The notes under the pieces: model-generated
Databases searched by the model: none
What the model was told of the DNA's origin: nothing
The model's input: only the letters and a program-made list of their open reading frames with translations
Part shown: positions 40,643 to 50,616 of the stretch, piece by piece
Numbering within the stretch: position 1 is the first letter of the stretch
Layout of the letters: each line of letters opens with the position of its first letter
Program-made: the position numbers and the translations under genes
Assembly (NCBI GenBank): GCA_965261975.1
Contig: CBDHEC010000018.1
Location: 9,142 to 73,141 of the forward strand
Length of the DNA: 64,000 bases
DNA from: Alphaproteobacteria bacterium
Lineage (GTDB): Bacteria > Pseudomonadota > Alphaproteobacteria > UBA6615
Direction of reading: 5' to 3'

Positions 40643-41851
40643 CTAACCGTGGTCGTGGTCGGCGAGCGTCGTCCCTTCCTCCACATAAACGTCCGTGCGG
40701 CCACCCGCCGCGCGCCCGTCATTGAGGGTGGTGAGCATCCAGTCGGCCATCGCCGGGTAGATTTCTGCGGCGACCTCGCCCATGGGATGGAAAATGCCCT
40801 CGTAGAGCCACAGCTCGCTGAAGTCCGCGAGGTTCCCGCGGAAGGTCGCGATATCGTCGGGCGTACACAGCTCGTCCATGTCCCCGGCAACCAGCAGATG
40901 CGGCACGGTCAGTGACTTCGCCACGTCGGGCAGGTGATCGTGGGTCTTCATGTGCGCGTCGAACTCGTCCTCATCGGTACAGCCCGTCATGTACATGAAG
41001 ATGCGTTTGAAGTTGGGCTGGGCCTGCTCGAAGATGATGTCGAAGGTGCCGACATTGGCCATCTGGCCGATCACCGCCTTCACGCGCTTGTCGTGGGCGC
41101 CGACCTGCACACCCCAGCGCGAGCCCATGGACATGCCCATAACGCCGATCCGCTTGGCATCGACATCGTCACGCGCGACGAGCCAGTCGATCACCGCCGA
41201 TGCGGCCTGCTGGTAATTGTCGGCCGTCAACCATGTCTCGTTGAAATTGCACTCACCCTGCCCCGGCCCGTCCATGGCGCAGACATTCATGCCGCGCTGG
41301 GTGTAGTCGTTGTCGAACGGGTTGGCCACGTCCTCCTTGAGCGCATCCATGCCCGGCAGGATCAACACCGTCGGCTTGGGCCCGTCGCCCGGCGCGGCTT
41401 GAAAAACCGCATGGGCGCTGTGGCCGGGCGCAAACTCGGGGCGGACCTTCTCCATCGTACCGCCGGACAGCTCGATCAGCTTGTCGTAGTTGCGGTAGAG
41501 CGCCTCGTAGCACTCGTCCTTGTGGGGATTGCGGTGGACCGGCACCAGATGCTGGGCACGCCCGAAGCAAAGCGCGGCTCGATGATAAAGCCTGCGCGCG
41601 GTGACCAGACGGCCCTTCGCCTCAGCCTCCTTGGCCATGCCCTCGAGCACCACGGCACGCTTCTTCCAGGCCTTGGGAAAGGATCGCCGACCCGTCACCT
41701 TGGTGTAGACCGCGTTCAAATCCTGCATGGTGAAGCCGCGGCCCACGCGGGTGCCCATGATACCCGGATGCAGCACGTCCTCATTCTCGGACAGCATCAG
41801 GAAATTGTCGAAGATCCAGCCCTGATCGGCGCGCAATTGTGGTTTCGGCAT
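40643..41851 (-). CDS. Alpha/beta hydrolase, paralog of 37596-38804
   Basis: Same motifs (GMSMG, GDMDEL, FHPMG) and near-identical N- and C-termini; start at ATG 41851 after GGGGAGA. Confidence 0.8.
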   Translation of the reverse strand: MPKPQLRADQGWIFDNFLMLSENEDVLHPGIMGTRVGRGFTMQDLNAVYTKVTGRRSFPKAWKKRAVVLEGMAKEAEAKGRLVTARRLYHRAALCFGRAQHLVPVHRNPHKDECYEALYRNYDKLIELSGGTMEKVRPEFAPGHSAHAVFQAAPGDGPKPTVLILPGMDALKEDVANPFDNDYTQRGMNVCAMDGPGQGECNFNETWLTADNYQQAASAVIDWLVARDDVDAKRIGVMGMSMGSRWGVQVGAHDKRVKAVIGQMANVGTFDIIFEQAQPNFKRIFMYMTGCTDEDEFDAHMKTHDHLPDVAKSLTVPHLLVAGDMDELCTPDDIATFRGNLADFSELWLYEGIFHPMGEVAAEIYPAMADWMLTTLNDGRAAGGRTDVYVEEGTTLADHDHG

Positions 41852-42009
41852 GTTGGTCTCTCCCCCTAAAGCATTGTTTCGGGCCGCTATGCGAGCCTGT
41901 TTTTCCAAAACTACAATTAACTCTCAGCCACCGCCAGTCGCGCGGATGAAATTTGGGCAATCGCGTGAACGACGGCATAATCCATGCAAGATCAATCCAG
42001 CGGGGACTC

Positions 42010-42810
42010 ATGACCATCAAGACCGACCTTCACCCCGAACTGCGCCTCGACCTGTCGCCGCAGGTCGCGACGATCACCATCAACGCACCAGACAACGAGA
42101 ACCGGCTGAACCCCGAGAGCCTGCGCAACCTCGGCGCCGTCATCGACGAGTTGCGCACCCGCGACGACATCCAGGTGGTGATCTTCACCGGTGTAGGCGA
42201 CGAATGGTTCTCGGCGGGCCTGATGAACCCGGCAATCCGTGCGGCCATGACCAAGGACGAGGTGATCGCCTATGTGGTGGACGGCAACCGCATCTTCGAC
42301 GAACTGGAGGCCCTGCCCCAGATCACCATCGCCGCGATCAACGGCAAGGTCGTCGCCGGCGCATCGGAACTGGCGCTGGCCTGCGACATAAGGATCGCGG
42401 GTGAACACTCGACCCTGATGCTGCCCGAGGCGAAGTGGGGCGGCTTCCCGGGTGCCGGTGCACCCCACCGCCTGCCCATGGCGGTGGGGCACGGCCACGC
42501 CATCGAACTCATTGCCTCTGGCGCGGAGATCGACGCCGGCGAGATGGCGCGCATCGGTTTCGTGAACCATGTCCATCCCAAGGGTGAAGTTCTGGCAGCT
42601 GCCACCGAACTCGCACAAAGCATCGGAGCCAACGGACCGCTGGCAACCCGTGGTGCAAAACGCATCGCGCGCGCGCGTCGGGAACCGGGCTTCCGGGCGG
42701 CACGCGAGATGTCGGATACCTTGCGTTATGCGCTCGAATGGAGCCACGACGTGGACGAAGGCATCGCAGCCGCCAAAGAAGGTCGTCCGGCCAACTTCAC
42801 GGGCCGTTAG
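42010..42810 (+). CDS. Enoyl-CoA hydratase/isomerase family protein
   Basis: FSAG, IAAINGKVVAGASELALACDIRI and LPEAKWG; start at ATG 42010. Confidence 0.87.
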   Translation: MTIKTDLHPELRLDLSPQVATITINAPDNENRLNPESLRNLGAVIDELRTRDDIQVVIFTGVGDEWFSAGLMNPAIRAAMTKDEVIAYVVDGNRIFDELEALPQITIAAINGKVVAGASELALACDIRIAGEHSTLMLPEAKWGGFPGAGAPHRLPMAVGHGHAIELIASGAEIDAGEMARIGFVNHVHPKGEVLAAATELAQSIGANGPLATRGAKRIARARREPGFRAAREMSDTLRYALEWSHDVDEGIAAAKEGRPANFTGR

Positions 42811-42819
42811 GAGACATCC

Positions 42820-43146
42820 ATGACTCGGATCATCACCATCGCAGCCGTCATCCTGGTTCTCGCAGCCGCACCGGTGCGCGCCGATGCCATCGACGGCAAA
42901 TGGTGCAACCCGGAACTGGGGCGCATGGAAATTCTCGGGCCGCAGATCATGACACCCGGCGGCAACCGTATCTCCGGCGACTATGACCGGCACGGCTTTC
43001 GCCATATCATGCCTGACGGAGAAGACGGCGCGGGGGCCGACGTGGACATGGTGCTGGTAGACGACGACACCCTGCACCGGATCGTCGCGCCGCGCGCCGG
43101 TGCGAACATCGAGGTCTGGCGCCGCTGCCGCGCCCAGGTCAGCTAG
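42820..43146 (+). CDS. Small secreted hypothetical protein
   Basis: Signal peptide ending VRA-DAIDGKWC; second Cys near the C-terminus (WRRC); GGAG RBS. Confidence 0.7.
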   Translation: MTRIITIAAVILVLAAAPVRADAIDGKWCNPELGRMEILGPQIMTPGGNRISGDYDRHGFRHIMPDGEDGAGADVDMVLVDDDTLHRIVAPRAGANIEVWRRCRAQVS

Positions 43147-43236
43147 AACGCGACCATCGTGCGGACACCGGCAATTTGCTTTCGGCCGGCAACGGGTTAG
43201 CCTGCTTTCAGCAATCATCTGAGTAATTAAGGGGGA

Positions 43237-43941
43237 ATGACGATGGCGGAATTTACCGCTGCGGATCTGGCCGTCGAGGACCAGTACAAACTGATGAGCG
43301 GCGCGATCATCCCGCGGCCCATCGCCCTGACCGTGACGATGGGCCCGGACGGGCCCAATGCCGCACCGTTCAGTTTCTTCAACTGTATCGGCGTATCACC
43401 GCCCATGTTCATGATCGCCTGCAGCCCGAAATCCGGGCCCAAGTCCGGCGGCAGCACGGGCGAACTCAAGGATACGGTCGCCAACCTGCGTCACCATCCC
43501 GAGATGGTCGTCCATATCGTCGACTTCGAGTTGCGCAACCGGATGAACGCCTGCGCGCTGGACTACGGCAGCGACGTCAACGAGCTGGAGATTGCGGGTT
43601 TCAACACCGCACCGTCGAAACTTGTCTCGCCGCCACGCATCACCGACTGCCGGGTCGCACTCGAGAGCAAGCTGATCGATATCCACGAGATGGGGACCCT
43701 GCCCTATTACGTCATCTTCGGCGAGGTCGTGCATTTCCATATGGACGACGCGGTGGTGAATGATCGGTTGCATGTGGATCCCGAGGCGCTCGATGCGCTG
43801 GGCCGCATGGCGGGCAATGGCGGTTACACGAAGATCACCGACAAATTCACCATGCCCTTCCTGCACCCGCCGGGCTCGGCACCGCCCGAGGAGACCATCG
43901 CCAAGGCGCAGGAAATCGCGAAATCCGACCGCAGCGGCTGA
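43237..43941 (+). CDS. Flavin reductase-like FMN-binding protein
   Basis: IIPRPIA, NAAPFSFFN, KDT..N and LGRMAG. Confidence 0.87.
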   Translation: MTMAEFTAADLAVEDQYKLMSGAIIPRPIALTVTMGPDGPNAAPFSFFNCIGVSPPMFMIACSPKSGPKSGGSTGELKDTVANLRHHPEMVVHIVDFELRNRMNACALDYGSDVNELEIAGFNTAPSKLVSPPRITDCRVALESKLIDIHEMGTLPYYVIFGEVVHFHMDDAVVNDRLHVDPEALDALGRMAGNGGYTKITDKFTMPFLHPPGSAPPEETIAKAQEIAKSDRSG

Positions 43942-43960
43942 GCGCCGGGGAGACGAAACC

Positions 43961-44788
43961 ATGACCGATAGCAACACCGCGTTCGAATCGATCGATGCCG
44001 AACTGGTCTACGCCGTCGACACCGGCGAGAAACTGATCAACCAGACCATGCCCGCCGGCGACATGTCCCGGGTCGTCACCGGCACCTACGAGATGCATCC
44101 CCGGACCATTCGCAACGGGCGGCTGTCCCGGGACGAGTTCTCGCTCGACCGCAACGGGTTCGTGTTCTGCGACCACCCCACGGCGGTGACCGACTTCTTC
44201 GACAAGGATCAGGTCACCGACGTCTATTACGACGAAGCCTGCAAGCTGGTGGCAGAGATGAGCGGCGCATCACGGGTCGAGGTGTTCGATCACACCGTGC
44301 GTTCCAGCGACGAGGATACCCGCAAAGAGAAGCTGGTCCGCGAGCCGGTCCATTCGGCACACAATGACTACACCGAGAATTCCGGGCCGCGCCGGGTGCA
44401 GGAAATTTTCCCCGACGAGGCCGGCGATCTGCTGTCGCGCCGGTTCGCAATCATCCAGGTGTGGCGGGCAATCCGGAAACCGATCGAGCGGGATCCCCTG
44501 ACCATTTGTGATGCGCGAACGTTCCGGCCCGAAGACCTGATCACCGCCGAACGCCGCTATCCTCACAGGATCGGCGAAACCTACCGCCTGGCCTTCAGCG
44601 AGGGCCAGCAATGGTACTATTTCCCGGAAATGACCCGGGACGAGGCCCTGGTCTTCAAGGTTTATGATTCCGACACCAGCCTGGACGCGCGCTTCACGCC
44701 CCACACCTCGTTCGCCGACCCGACGAGCCCAAAGGACGGCCCGCCGCGCGAGAGTATCGAGATCCGGACCTTCGCCTTCTTCGACTAG
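43961..44788 (+). CDS. CmcJ/NvfI/AsaB family oxidoreductase
   Basis: FDHTVR, AHNDYT, IQVWRAI, DPLTICDA, TPHTSF and RESIEIR; start at ATG 43961. Confidence 0.82.
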   Translation: MTDSNTAFESIDAELVYAVDTGEKLINQTMPAGDMSRVVTGTYEMHPRTIRNGRLSRDEFSLDRNGFVFCDHPTAVTDFFDKDQVTDVYYDEACKLVAEMSGASRVEVFDHTVRSSDEDTRKEKLVREPVHSAHNDYTENSGPRRVQEIFPDEAGDLLSRRFAIIQVWRAIRKPIERDPLTICDARTFRPEDLITAERRYPHRIGETYRLAFSEGQQWYYFPEMTRDEALVFKVYDSDTSLDARFTPHTSFADPTSPKDGPPRESIEIRTFAFFD

Positions 44789-44793
44789 GCCCG

Positions 44794-46143
44794 CTACCTG
44801 GCCAGCGCGGCATCCACGAAAGCTGCGGCGGAACCCAGATAGTTCCCCGGCTCGGCCAATGCCTGCCAGTCCACCGTCGCGTCCGAGCGCGCAGACAGGA
44901 TTGCGATCAGGTTTTCACCGGTCCGTGAAACCTCGGCACAGGCCTCGCTGACGAGTTTCTGTGCGTCCGCGCGCGGCATATGTTCGGACAGTGCAAACGA
45001 GGCCGCTTCGGCCAGGCAAAGCCCATTCGTTGCGTCAATATTGGCGCGCATGCGTGCCCCGTCGACGACAAGCTCTGCGGTCAGGTGGTTTGCATGATTC
45101 AGGGCCCCGCTCGCGGCGAGTATCATGTTCGGCACCGTCAGCCATTCGAGCGACCAGGCCGCGCCGCTGCGTTCATGTTCGGCCAACTGCGCCTGGTGCA
45201 CCCCCGAGACCGCATTTGCGTTGTACCGGGCGAGTGTTACCAGCGTTTCGCTGCGAACCGGATTCGCCTTCTGCGGCAAGGTCGACGAACCGCCGCGCCG
45301 GGCTTCCCCAGTCTCTCGCACCTCACCCACTTCGCTCTGCGCGAGCAACCCGACATCCAGCCCGATCGTGCCCAGCGCACCCGTGAGCGAGGAAAGCCAG
45401 CTGGCCAACTCACCAATGCCGTCACGCTGTGTATGCCAGGGCGTCGCCGGTACGCCCAGGCCGAGCGCGTCCGCCAGGGCCTTGCGGACCGCGGGGCCAT
45501 CATCACCAAGCGGCGCAAGCGTGCCCGCCGCACCCCCGAACTGCACCATCAGCAATCTTGGACGAAGCTCCGCCATGCGGGCACGGACCCGCAGCAATGG
45601 CTCTCGCCAGCCGACAAGCTTCAAGCCGAACGTGGTAGGCGCGGCCTGCTGCAGACGTGTTCGCGCGAGCATCACCGTTTCGCGGTGCTCGCGCGCGCGC
45701 GCGGCGAGCGTATCGATCAGTTCATCAAGTTGCTTGTCGAAGCTATCGAGCACCTCGCGCAGGACCAACACCAACGCCGTATCGATCGCGTCCTGGGATG
45801 TGGCACCCCAGTGGAGGTAGTTCGCGGCTTCCCCACCGACCGCCGTGCGCAGTTGCGCGACCAGCGCCGGCACCGGAACCCCCGCGCCTTCCGTGCCGCG
45901 CCCGATCGCCTGCAAGTCAGGCGCAAACCCCTCAAGCCGTGCCGCGATATCCGTCGCCGCCGCGCCCGGGATTACGCCACAGGCGGCCTCCGCCTGTGCC
46001 AACGCAACTTCGAAGCGCACCATTTCGGCAATGCGACGTTCTTCGGATAGACGCGCGCGCATTTCGCCCGTGGCGAACAGATCGCCATGCGACATCGCGC
46101 CAAAGGGATCGCTGGTCATGTCAAACCGCCTGAATGTCGGCAC
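44794..46143 (-). CDS. pcaB: 3-carboxy-cis,cis-muconate cycloisomerase
   Basis: HWGATSQD, QFGGAAGT, GGSSTLPQKANPV and EHERS; downstream of pcaG. Confidence 0.93.
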   Translation of the reverse strand: MPTFRRFDMTSDPFGAMSHGDLFATGEMRARLSEERRIAEMVRFEVALAQAEAACGVIPGAAATDIAARLEGFAPDLQAIGRGTEGAGVPVPALVAQLRTAVGGEAANYLHWGATSQDAIDTALVLVLREVLDSFDKQLDELIDTLAARAREHRETVMLARTRLQQAAPTTFGLKLVGWREPLLRVRARMAELRPRLLMVQFGGAAGTLAPLGDDGPAVRKALADALGLGVPATPWHTQRDGIGELASWLSSLTGALGTIGLDVGLLAQSEVGEVRETGEARRGGSSTLPQKANPVRSETLVTLARYNANAVSGVHQAQLAEHERSGAAWSLEWLTVPNMILAASGALNHANHLTAELVVDGARMRANIDATNGLCLAEAASFALSEHMPRADAQKLVSEACAEVSRTGENLIAILSARSDATVDWQALAEPGNYLGSAAAFVDAALAR

Positions 46144-46742
46144 TAAACATCGAAGAAGACCGTCTCATCCGGCCCCTGCATGCGGATATCAAACCGGTAG
46201 ACCCGTCCGGGCAGGTTCACATCGCGTCTGGCGATCAGGGTTTGGCGCCGATCTTCCGGCACCGACGACAAGACCGGGTCGGCGGCATTGGCCTCACCCT
46301 CATCGGAAAAGTAGACACGGGTATAGGCGTGCAGGAGCAGCCCGCGCATCAACACCGTCATGTTCAGATGCGGCGCCTGTTTACCGTCCACACTGCCCGG
46401 CTTGATCGTATCGAAGCTGAAGCGGCTATCCGGTGTCGTGCCGGTGCCAACCCTGCCGAATCCCTTGAAAGCCGGATCGAGCAGATTGTCCCGGCGGTCA
46501 TCGGCAGGATGATTGTATCGCCCGTGACTGTTGGCCTGCCAAATCTCGATCAGGGCATCGGGCACGAGCTCGCCCGCCCCGTCGAAAACCTGGCCGGTGA
46601 GACGAATGTGCTGGCCCTCGATCGCTTCGGAGGCCATCTCTGCGCCGGCAATGCTGGCAAAGCCGTAATTGTATTGCTCCGGCACGAGCCCATAGGCAAA
46701 GAAGGGCCCGACGGTCTGCGAGGGTGTCTGTCCGCGCTTCAT
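46143..46742 (-). CDS. pcaG: Protocatechuate 3,4-dioxygenase alpha subunit
   Basis: TPSQTVGPFF, IEIWQAN, QAPH and RGLL...TRVYF. Confidence 0.94.
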   Translation of the reverse strand: MKRGQTPSQTVGPFFAYGLVPEQYNYGFASIAGAEMASEAIEGQHIRLTGQVFDGAGELVPDALIEIWQANSHGRYNHPADDRRDNLLDPAFKGFGRVGTGTTPDSRFSFDTIKPGSVDGKQAPHLNMTVLMRGLLLHAYTRVYFSDEGEANAADPVLSSVPEDRRQTLIARRDVNLPGRVYRFDIRMQGPDETVFFDV

Positions 46743-46745
46743 GGT

Positions 46746-47441
46746 TTAGCCCTCCATCGGCGTCGCTGCCGGGCCGCGCAGCACGATGTCGAAACGATAA
46801 CCCAGCGCGAATTCCGGCTCCGTCAGTTCCAGATCGAAGGCCGATACCATGCGGTCGCGCGCGCCATCCGGCACACCGTTGAAGATGGGATCGAACTCGA
46901 AGAGCGGATCACCCGGAAAATACATCTGGGTCACGAGCCGTGTCGCGATGGTCGGACCGAACAAGGAGAGGTGGATGTGATTGGGCCGCCAGGCATTCGG
47001 GTGATTGCGCCAGGGATAGGCACCGGGCTTGATGGTGCGGAACTCGTAACGTCCGTCGGCATCGGTCACGCAGCGCCCCGCGCCCAGAAAATTGAGATCC
47101 AGCGGCGCATCATGCTGATCGACCTCATGGACGTAACGCCCCGCCGAGTTGGCCTGCCATATCTCGATGAGCGTGTCGGGAATGGGCCTGTCATTCTCAT
47201 CGACGACCCGACCTGCCACGATGATGCGTTCACCGAGCGGTTCGCCGTTCACGCACGAATTCTTCGTCAGGTCGGCGTCCAGCGCTCCGAGCGCATCATG
47301 CCCATAGACCGGGCCCGTGATCTCGGACAGGGATTCCGGAATCGGAATCAGGGGTTTCGTGGGACCGCGCAGCTGCGTGGATTTATAGTCGGGGTGTTGA
47401 AAAGGCGGCTGGCTCGTCCAGTCACGGTTGGCGTCTGTCAT
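46746..47441 (-). CDS. pcaH: Protocatechuate 3,4-dioxygenase beta subunit
   Basis: GRYVH, PGAYPW and WRPNHIHLS (Tyr/Tyr/His/His Fe ligands). Confidence 0.95.
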   Translation of the reverse strand: MTDANRDWTSQPPFQHPDYKSTQLRGPTKPLIPIPESLSEITGPVYGHDALGALDADLTKNSCVNGEPLGERIIVAGRVVDENDRPIPDTLIEIWQANSAGRYVHEVDQHDAPLDLNFLGAGRCVTDADGRYEFRTIKPGAYPWRNHPNAWRPNHIHLSLFGPTIATRLVTQMYFPGDPLFEFDPIFNGVPDGARDRMVSAFDLELTEPEFALGYRFDIVLRGPAATPMEG

Positions 47442-47845
47442 ATCTCGTCACCCTCCGCATCACCCAGATCGAGACCCATCTCGGTATAGGTTTGCTTCGC
47501 CACCGCGATAGCGGCATTCGCCGCCGGAACACCGGCATACATTGCCACCATCAACAGCACTTCCTTGATGTCGTCCATCGAAGCGCCCGTGTTCGCTGTC
47601 GCGCGGATGTGCATCGCCAGCTCATCGTGATGGCCCAGGGCGGCCATGAACGCGACGACCAGCAAGCTGCGTTCACGCGTCGTAAGGCCGTCGCGGGTCC
47701 ATACCGACCCCCAGGCGGATTCGGTAATGAGCTTTTGGAAATCAGCGTCGAACCCGGTCTTGTTGGCCTCGGCTCGATCGACATGGTCCGCCCCCAGCAC
47801 CGCGCGCCGGACGGCCATGCCATCGCTGTGTCTATCGTCGCCCAA
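47438..47845 (-). CDS. pcaC: 4-carboxymuconolactone decarboxylase
   Basis: GMAVRRAVLG..HVDRA, AWGSVW and YAGVPAAN; TTG start at 47845 after GGAGAGG. Confidence 0.9.
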   Translation of the reverse strand: MGDDRHSDGMAVRRAVLGADHVDRAEANKTGFDADFQKLITESAWGSVWTRDGLTTRERSLLVVAFMAALGHHDELAMHIRATANTGASMDDIKEVLLMVAMYAGVPAANAAIAVAKQTYTEMGLDLGDAEGDEI

Positions 47846-48017
47846 AACGCCTCTCCATTCGCTGTATACCCTCACGATGGCCGGTTGCTCGCACCAAGGC
47901 AATTCGCAATCGGTATCGTAAAGATAACCTACTCGCGATCGATCACAATCAGGGCAGATGCGCCCGGTGGCGACGACAGGTTCGACGAGTGATCGCGCGG
48001 TGACGGCCGTCGGGCGG

Positions 48018-48563
48018 TTACTCCCAGCGGCCGCCGATCAGGACGAATGCGACCTTGGCCGGCTTGCCGGACCTGTTGGTCCAGGCATGGTTCGTGCCGC
48101 GCTGAATCAGGACATCGCCCGGCCGGAGAACCGTCTCTCCCTTTTCCATGATTGCCGTGAGCTCGCCCTCGATCACGATGGCATAGTCCACCGTCTCCGT
48201 CGTGTGCATGCCCGGATGCGCACCGTCACCACCCGGTCGATCCGCATCCTCGAACAACTTGCCGAACATCCCCTCAAACTGGCGCGCCAGTTCCTCCGGG
48301 TCTTCGGGGTCGGGCGGATACTCGATCACCCGCAAGACGGTTCCGCCCGGCGGCGGCAGCACGCCTTCATGGTCCTCGATACCGTCCGGCGCGCCGACCA
48401 CATCGGGCGCGGCGCCGGTAATCCAGATGTTGTTGACGACGTAGCCCGGCCGGGCGTCCACCGTACGCGAGGCCGGGGTCGGCCCGTCTTCCGCGATATA
48501 GGACTTCCCGTCCTCATCGATCGCCGTTACGACCCGCCGCGTTATCTTGTGATCTTGCGCCAT
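48018..48563 (-). CDS. Cupin domain protein
   Basis: RRVVT, MHTTETVDY and QRGTNHAW; start at ATG 48563. Confidence 0.85.
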   Translation of the reverse strand: MAQDHKITRRVVTAIDEDGKSYIAEDGPTPASRTVDARPGYVVNNIWITGAAPDVVGAPDGIEDHEGVLPPPGGTVLRVIEYPPDPEDPEELARQFEGMFGKLFEDADRPGGDGAHPGMHTTETVDYAIVIEGELTAIMEKGETVLRPGDVLIQRGTNHAWTNRSGKPAKVAFVLIGGRWE

Positions 48564-48670
48564 GTTTCCCCCTTTGCTTCGGATACTGGGCACGTGCCCG
48601 CCGCCATTCTACACGACACACGTCGTGTCACATTCTGATAGTCTGGGAAAACCGGAACGGGGGAAAACCA

Positions 48671-49633
48671 ATGAGTCAGACGATGCCGATAGAGGACGCA
48701 CACGCAACGGACATCACCGTGCGCAAGGTCGGTGCTGCCTGTGGCGCGGAAATCGAGGGTGTCGACCTTTCGAAGGAATTGGACGACGCCAGCCTTGCCG
48801 CGATCCACGATGCCCTCGTCGCGCATCAGGTGATCATTTTCCGCAACCAGGACATCACGACCGAAGACCAGAAGTCATTCGGGCGGCGGTTCGGCGAGCT
48901 GACCGTTCACCCCTTCGCGCCCAGCGACGCCGAAGCCCCCGACCTCATCGTCTTCGACAATGATGCCGACAATCCCCCATGGGGTACGGATGTCTGGCAT
49001 TCCGACGAGACGTTCCGTGAAGAGCCGCCGCTCGGCACGATGCTGCGCGCCCTGATCGTTCCCGACTATGGCGGCGACACGCTGTTCGCGAGCATGGCGG
49101 CTGCCTATGAAGGGCTGAGCGATCACATGCAGCAGTTCGTCTCCGGCCTGGAGGCGATTCACGATTTCAAGCCCTTTCGCCAGCTCTTCGACGACGACGC
49201 CGAGAGCCGCACCCGTCTGCGCCAATTCGAGGATCGCTATCCGCCGGCCGTACATCCTGTCGTGCGCACCCACCCGGTCTCGGGCCGCAAGGTACTGTTC
49301 GTGAACCCCCAGTTTACCGTTGCGATCAAGGGTATGGACGAAGCCGAGAGCCGGGCGGTGCTGGAACTGTTGTTTCATCAGGCCGAAATCCCGGAATACC
49401 AGTTTCGTCATCACTGGGAACCCAACACGCTCGCCTTCTGGGACAACCGGTCGGTCCAGCATTACGCGATCCACGACTACTATCCCAACCGTCGCAAACT
49501 CGAGCGGATCACCATCAAGGGGGACCGTCCCTTCTCCGATATCCCCGCCATCGATACCGACGTAATCCGCACCCGCAAGGGCGCGCGCGCCATCAGCCAG
49601 TCGGCCCATGGCGGGCACGCGCCGAAGGACTAA
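48671..49633 (+). CDS. TauD/TfdA family Fe(II)/2-oxoglutarate dioxygenase
   Basis: WHSDET, GGDT, HPVVRTHP and WDNRSVQHYA. Confidence 0.92.
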   Translation: MSQTMPIEDAHATDITVRKVGAACGAEIEGVDLSKELDDASLAAIHDALVAHQVIIFRNQDITTEDQKSFGRRFGELTVHPFAPSDAEAPDLIVFDNDADNPPWGTDVWHSDETFREEPPLGTMLRALIVPDYGGDTLFASMAAAYEGLSDHMQQFVSGLEAIHDFKPFRQLFDDDAESRTRLRQFEDRYPPAVHPVVRTHPVSGRKVLFVNPQFTVAIKGMDEAESRAVLELLFHQAEIPEYQFRHHWEPNTLAFWDNRSVQHYAIHDYYPNRRKLERITIKGDRPFSDIPAIDTDVIRTRKGARAISQSAHGGHAPKD

Positions 49634-49690
49634 AAGCCCTTAACCCCTGCCGAAGTAGCGCGCCCCGCCACCGGGCCGAAATGATTTGCC

Positions 49691-50596
49691 ATGACACTTC
49701 TCTGGATCCCCCTGACGATCGCCGCAGCGTTCCTGCAGAATGTGCGCTCGGCATTGCAGAAACATCTCAAGGGTGAGCTGGGGACAATCGGCGCCACCTT
49801 CGTGCGCTTCGGATACGGGTTTCCGTTTGCGATCCTGTATCTCGCCGGCCTGGTGCTGCTGTTCGACTTCGAATTGCCGGGCTTCAACAGCACCTTCCTT
49901 TTCTGGGTTGTCACCGGCGGGTTGGCACAGATCCTGGCGACCGCGCTGCTCGTCACCCTGTTCGACGCGCGAAACTTCGCCGTCGGCACCACCTACTCCA
50001 AGACGGAAACCGTCCAGGCTGCGGTGTTTGCCCTCGTATTTCTTGGTGAAAGCATCTCCGCGGCCGCGATCATCGGCATCCTCGTCAGCCTGGTGGGGGT
50101 GATCGCCATATCTGCGGCCCGCGCGCCGGCAGGGTTGGCCGGCATCGCCAAATCCTGGTTGGCCCGTCCGGCCTTGATCGGTCTCGCTTCGGGCGCGTTT
50201 TTCGGCGTGGCGGCAGTTTCCTATCGTGGCGCGTCGCTGTCGCTCGGCGGCGATGGTTTCCTTGTACAGGCCGCCTTTACGCTCGCAGTCGTACTGGTAT
50301 TTCAGACATTGGTGATGGCGGCTTTCATGGCCTTGCGTGACCCCGGCGAGATTTACCGTGTCATCAAAGCATGGCGCGTGGCCGGCCTGGTCGGCCTAAG
50401 CGGCGCGCTGGCCTCGATCGGCTGGTTTACCGCCATGACGATCCAGAACGCGGCGCTGGTGCGCGCCTTGGGCCAGGTCGAACTGGTCTTTACCATCGCG
50501 TCCTCGGTCCTGATCTTCCGCGAGAAAATTCTGCGCCTCGAACTGACCGGAATCGTCCTGATCGTTGCCGGGATCATCATTTTGCTGCTGTTCTAG
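49691..50596 (+). CDS. DMT/EamA family transporter
   Basis: About 10 hydrophobic segments; NFAVGTTYSKTE and LGQVEL. Confidence 0.85.
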   Translation: MTLLWIPLTIAAAFLQNVRSALQKHLKGELGTIGATFVRFGYGFPFAILYLAGLVLLFDFELPGFNSTFLFWVVTGGLAQILATALLVTLFDARNFAVGTTYSKTETVQAAVFALVFLGESISAAAIIGILVSLVGVIAISAARAPAGLAGIAKSWLARPALIGLASGAFFGVAAVSYRGASLSLGGDGFLVQAAFTLAVVLVFQTLVMAAFMALRDPGEIYRVIKAWRVAGLVGLSGALASIGWFTAMTIQNAALVRALGQVELVFTIASSVLIFREKILRLELTGIVLIVAGIIILLLF

Positions 50597-50616
50597 ACAG
50601 CGTAGGGAGACAAGAG

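Noticed and set aside
47900-47945. Possible PcaQ site (ATAACC) upstream of pcaC
   Set aside because: Only a half-site is visible, and there is no pcaQ in the window.
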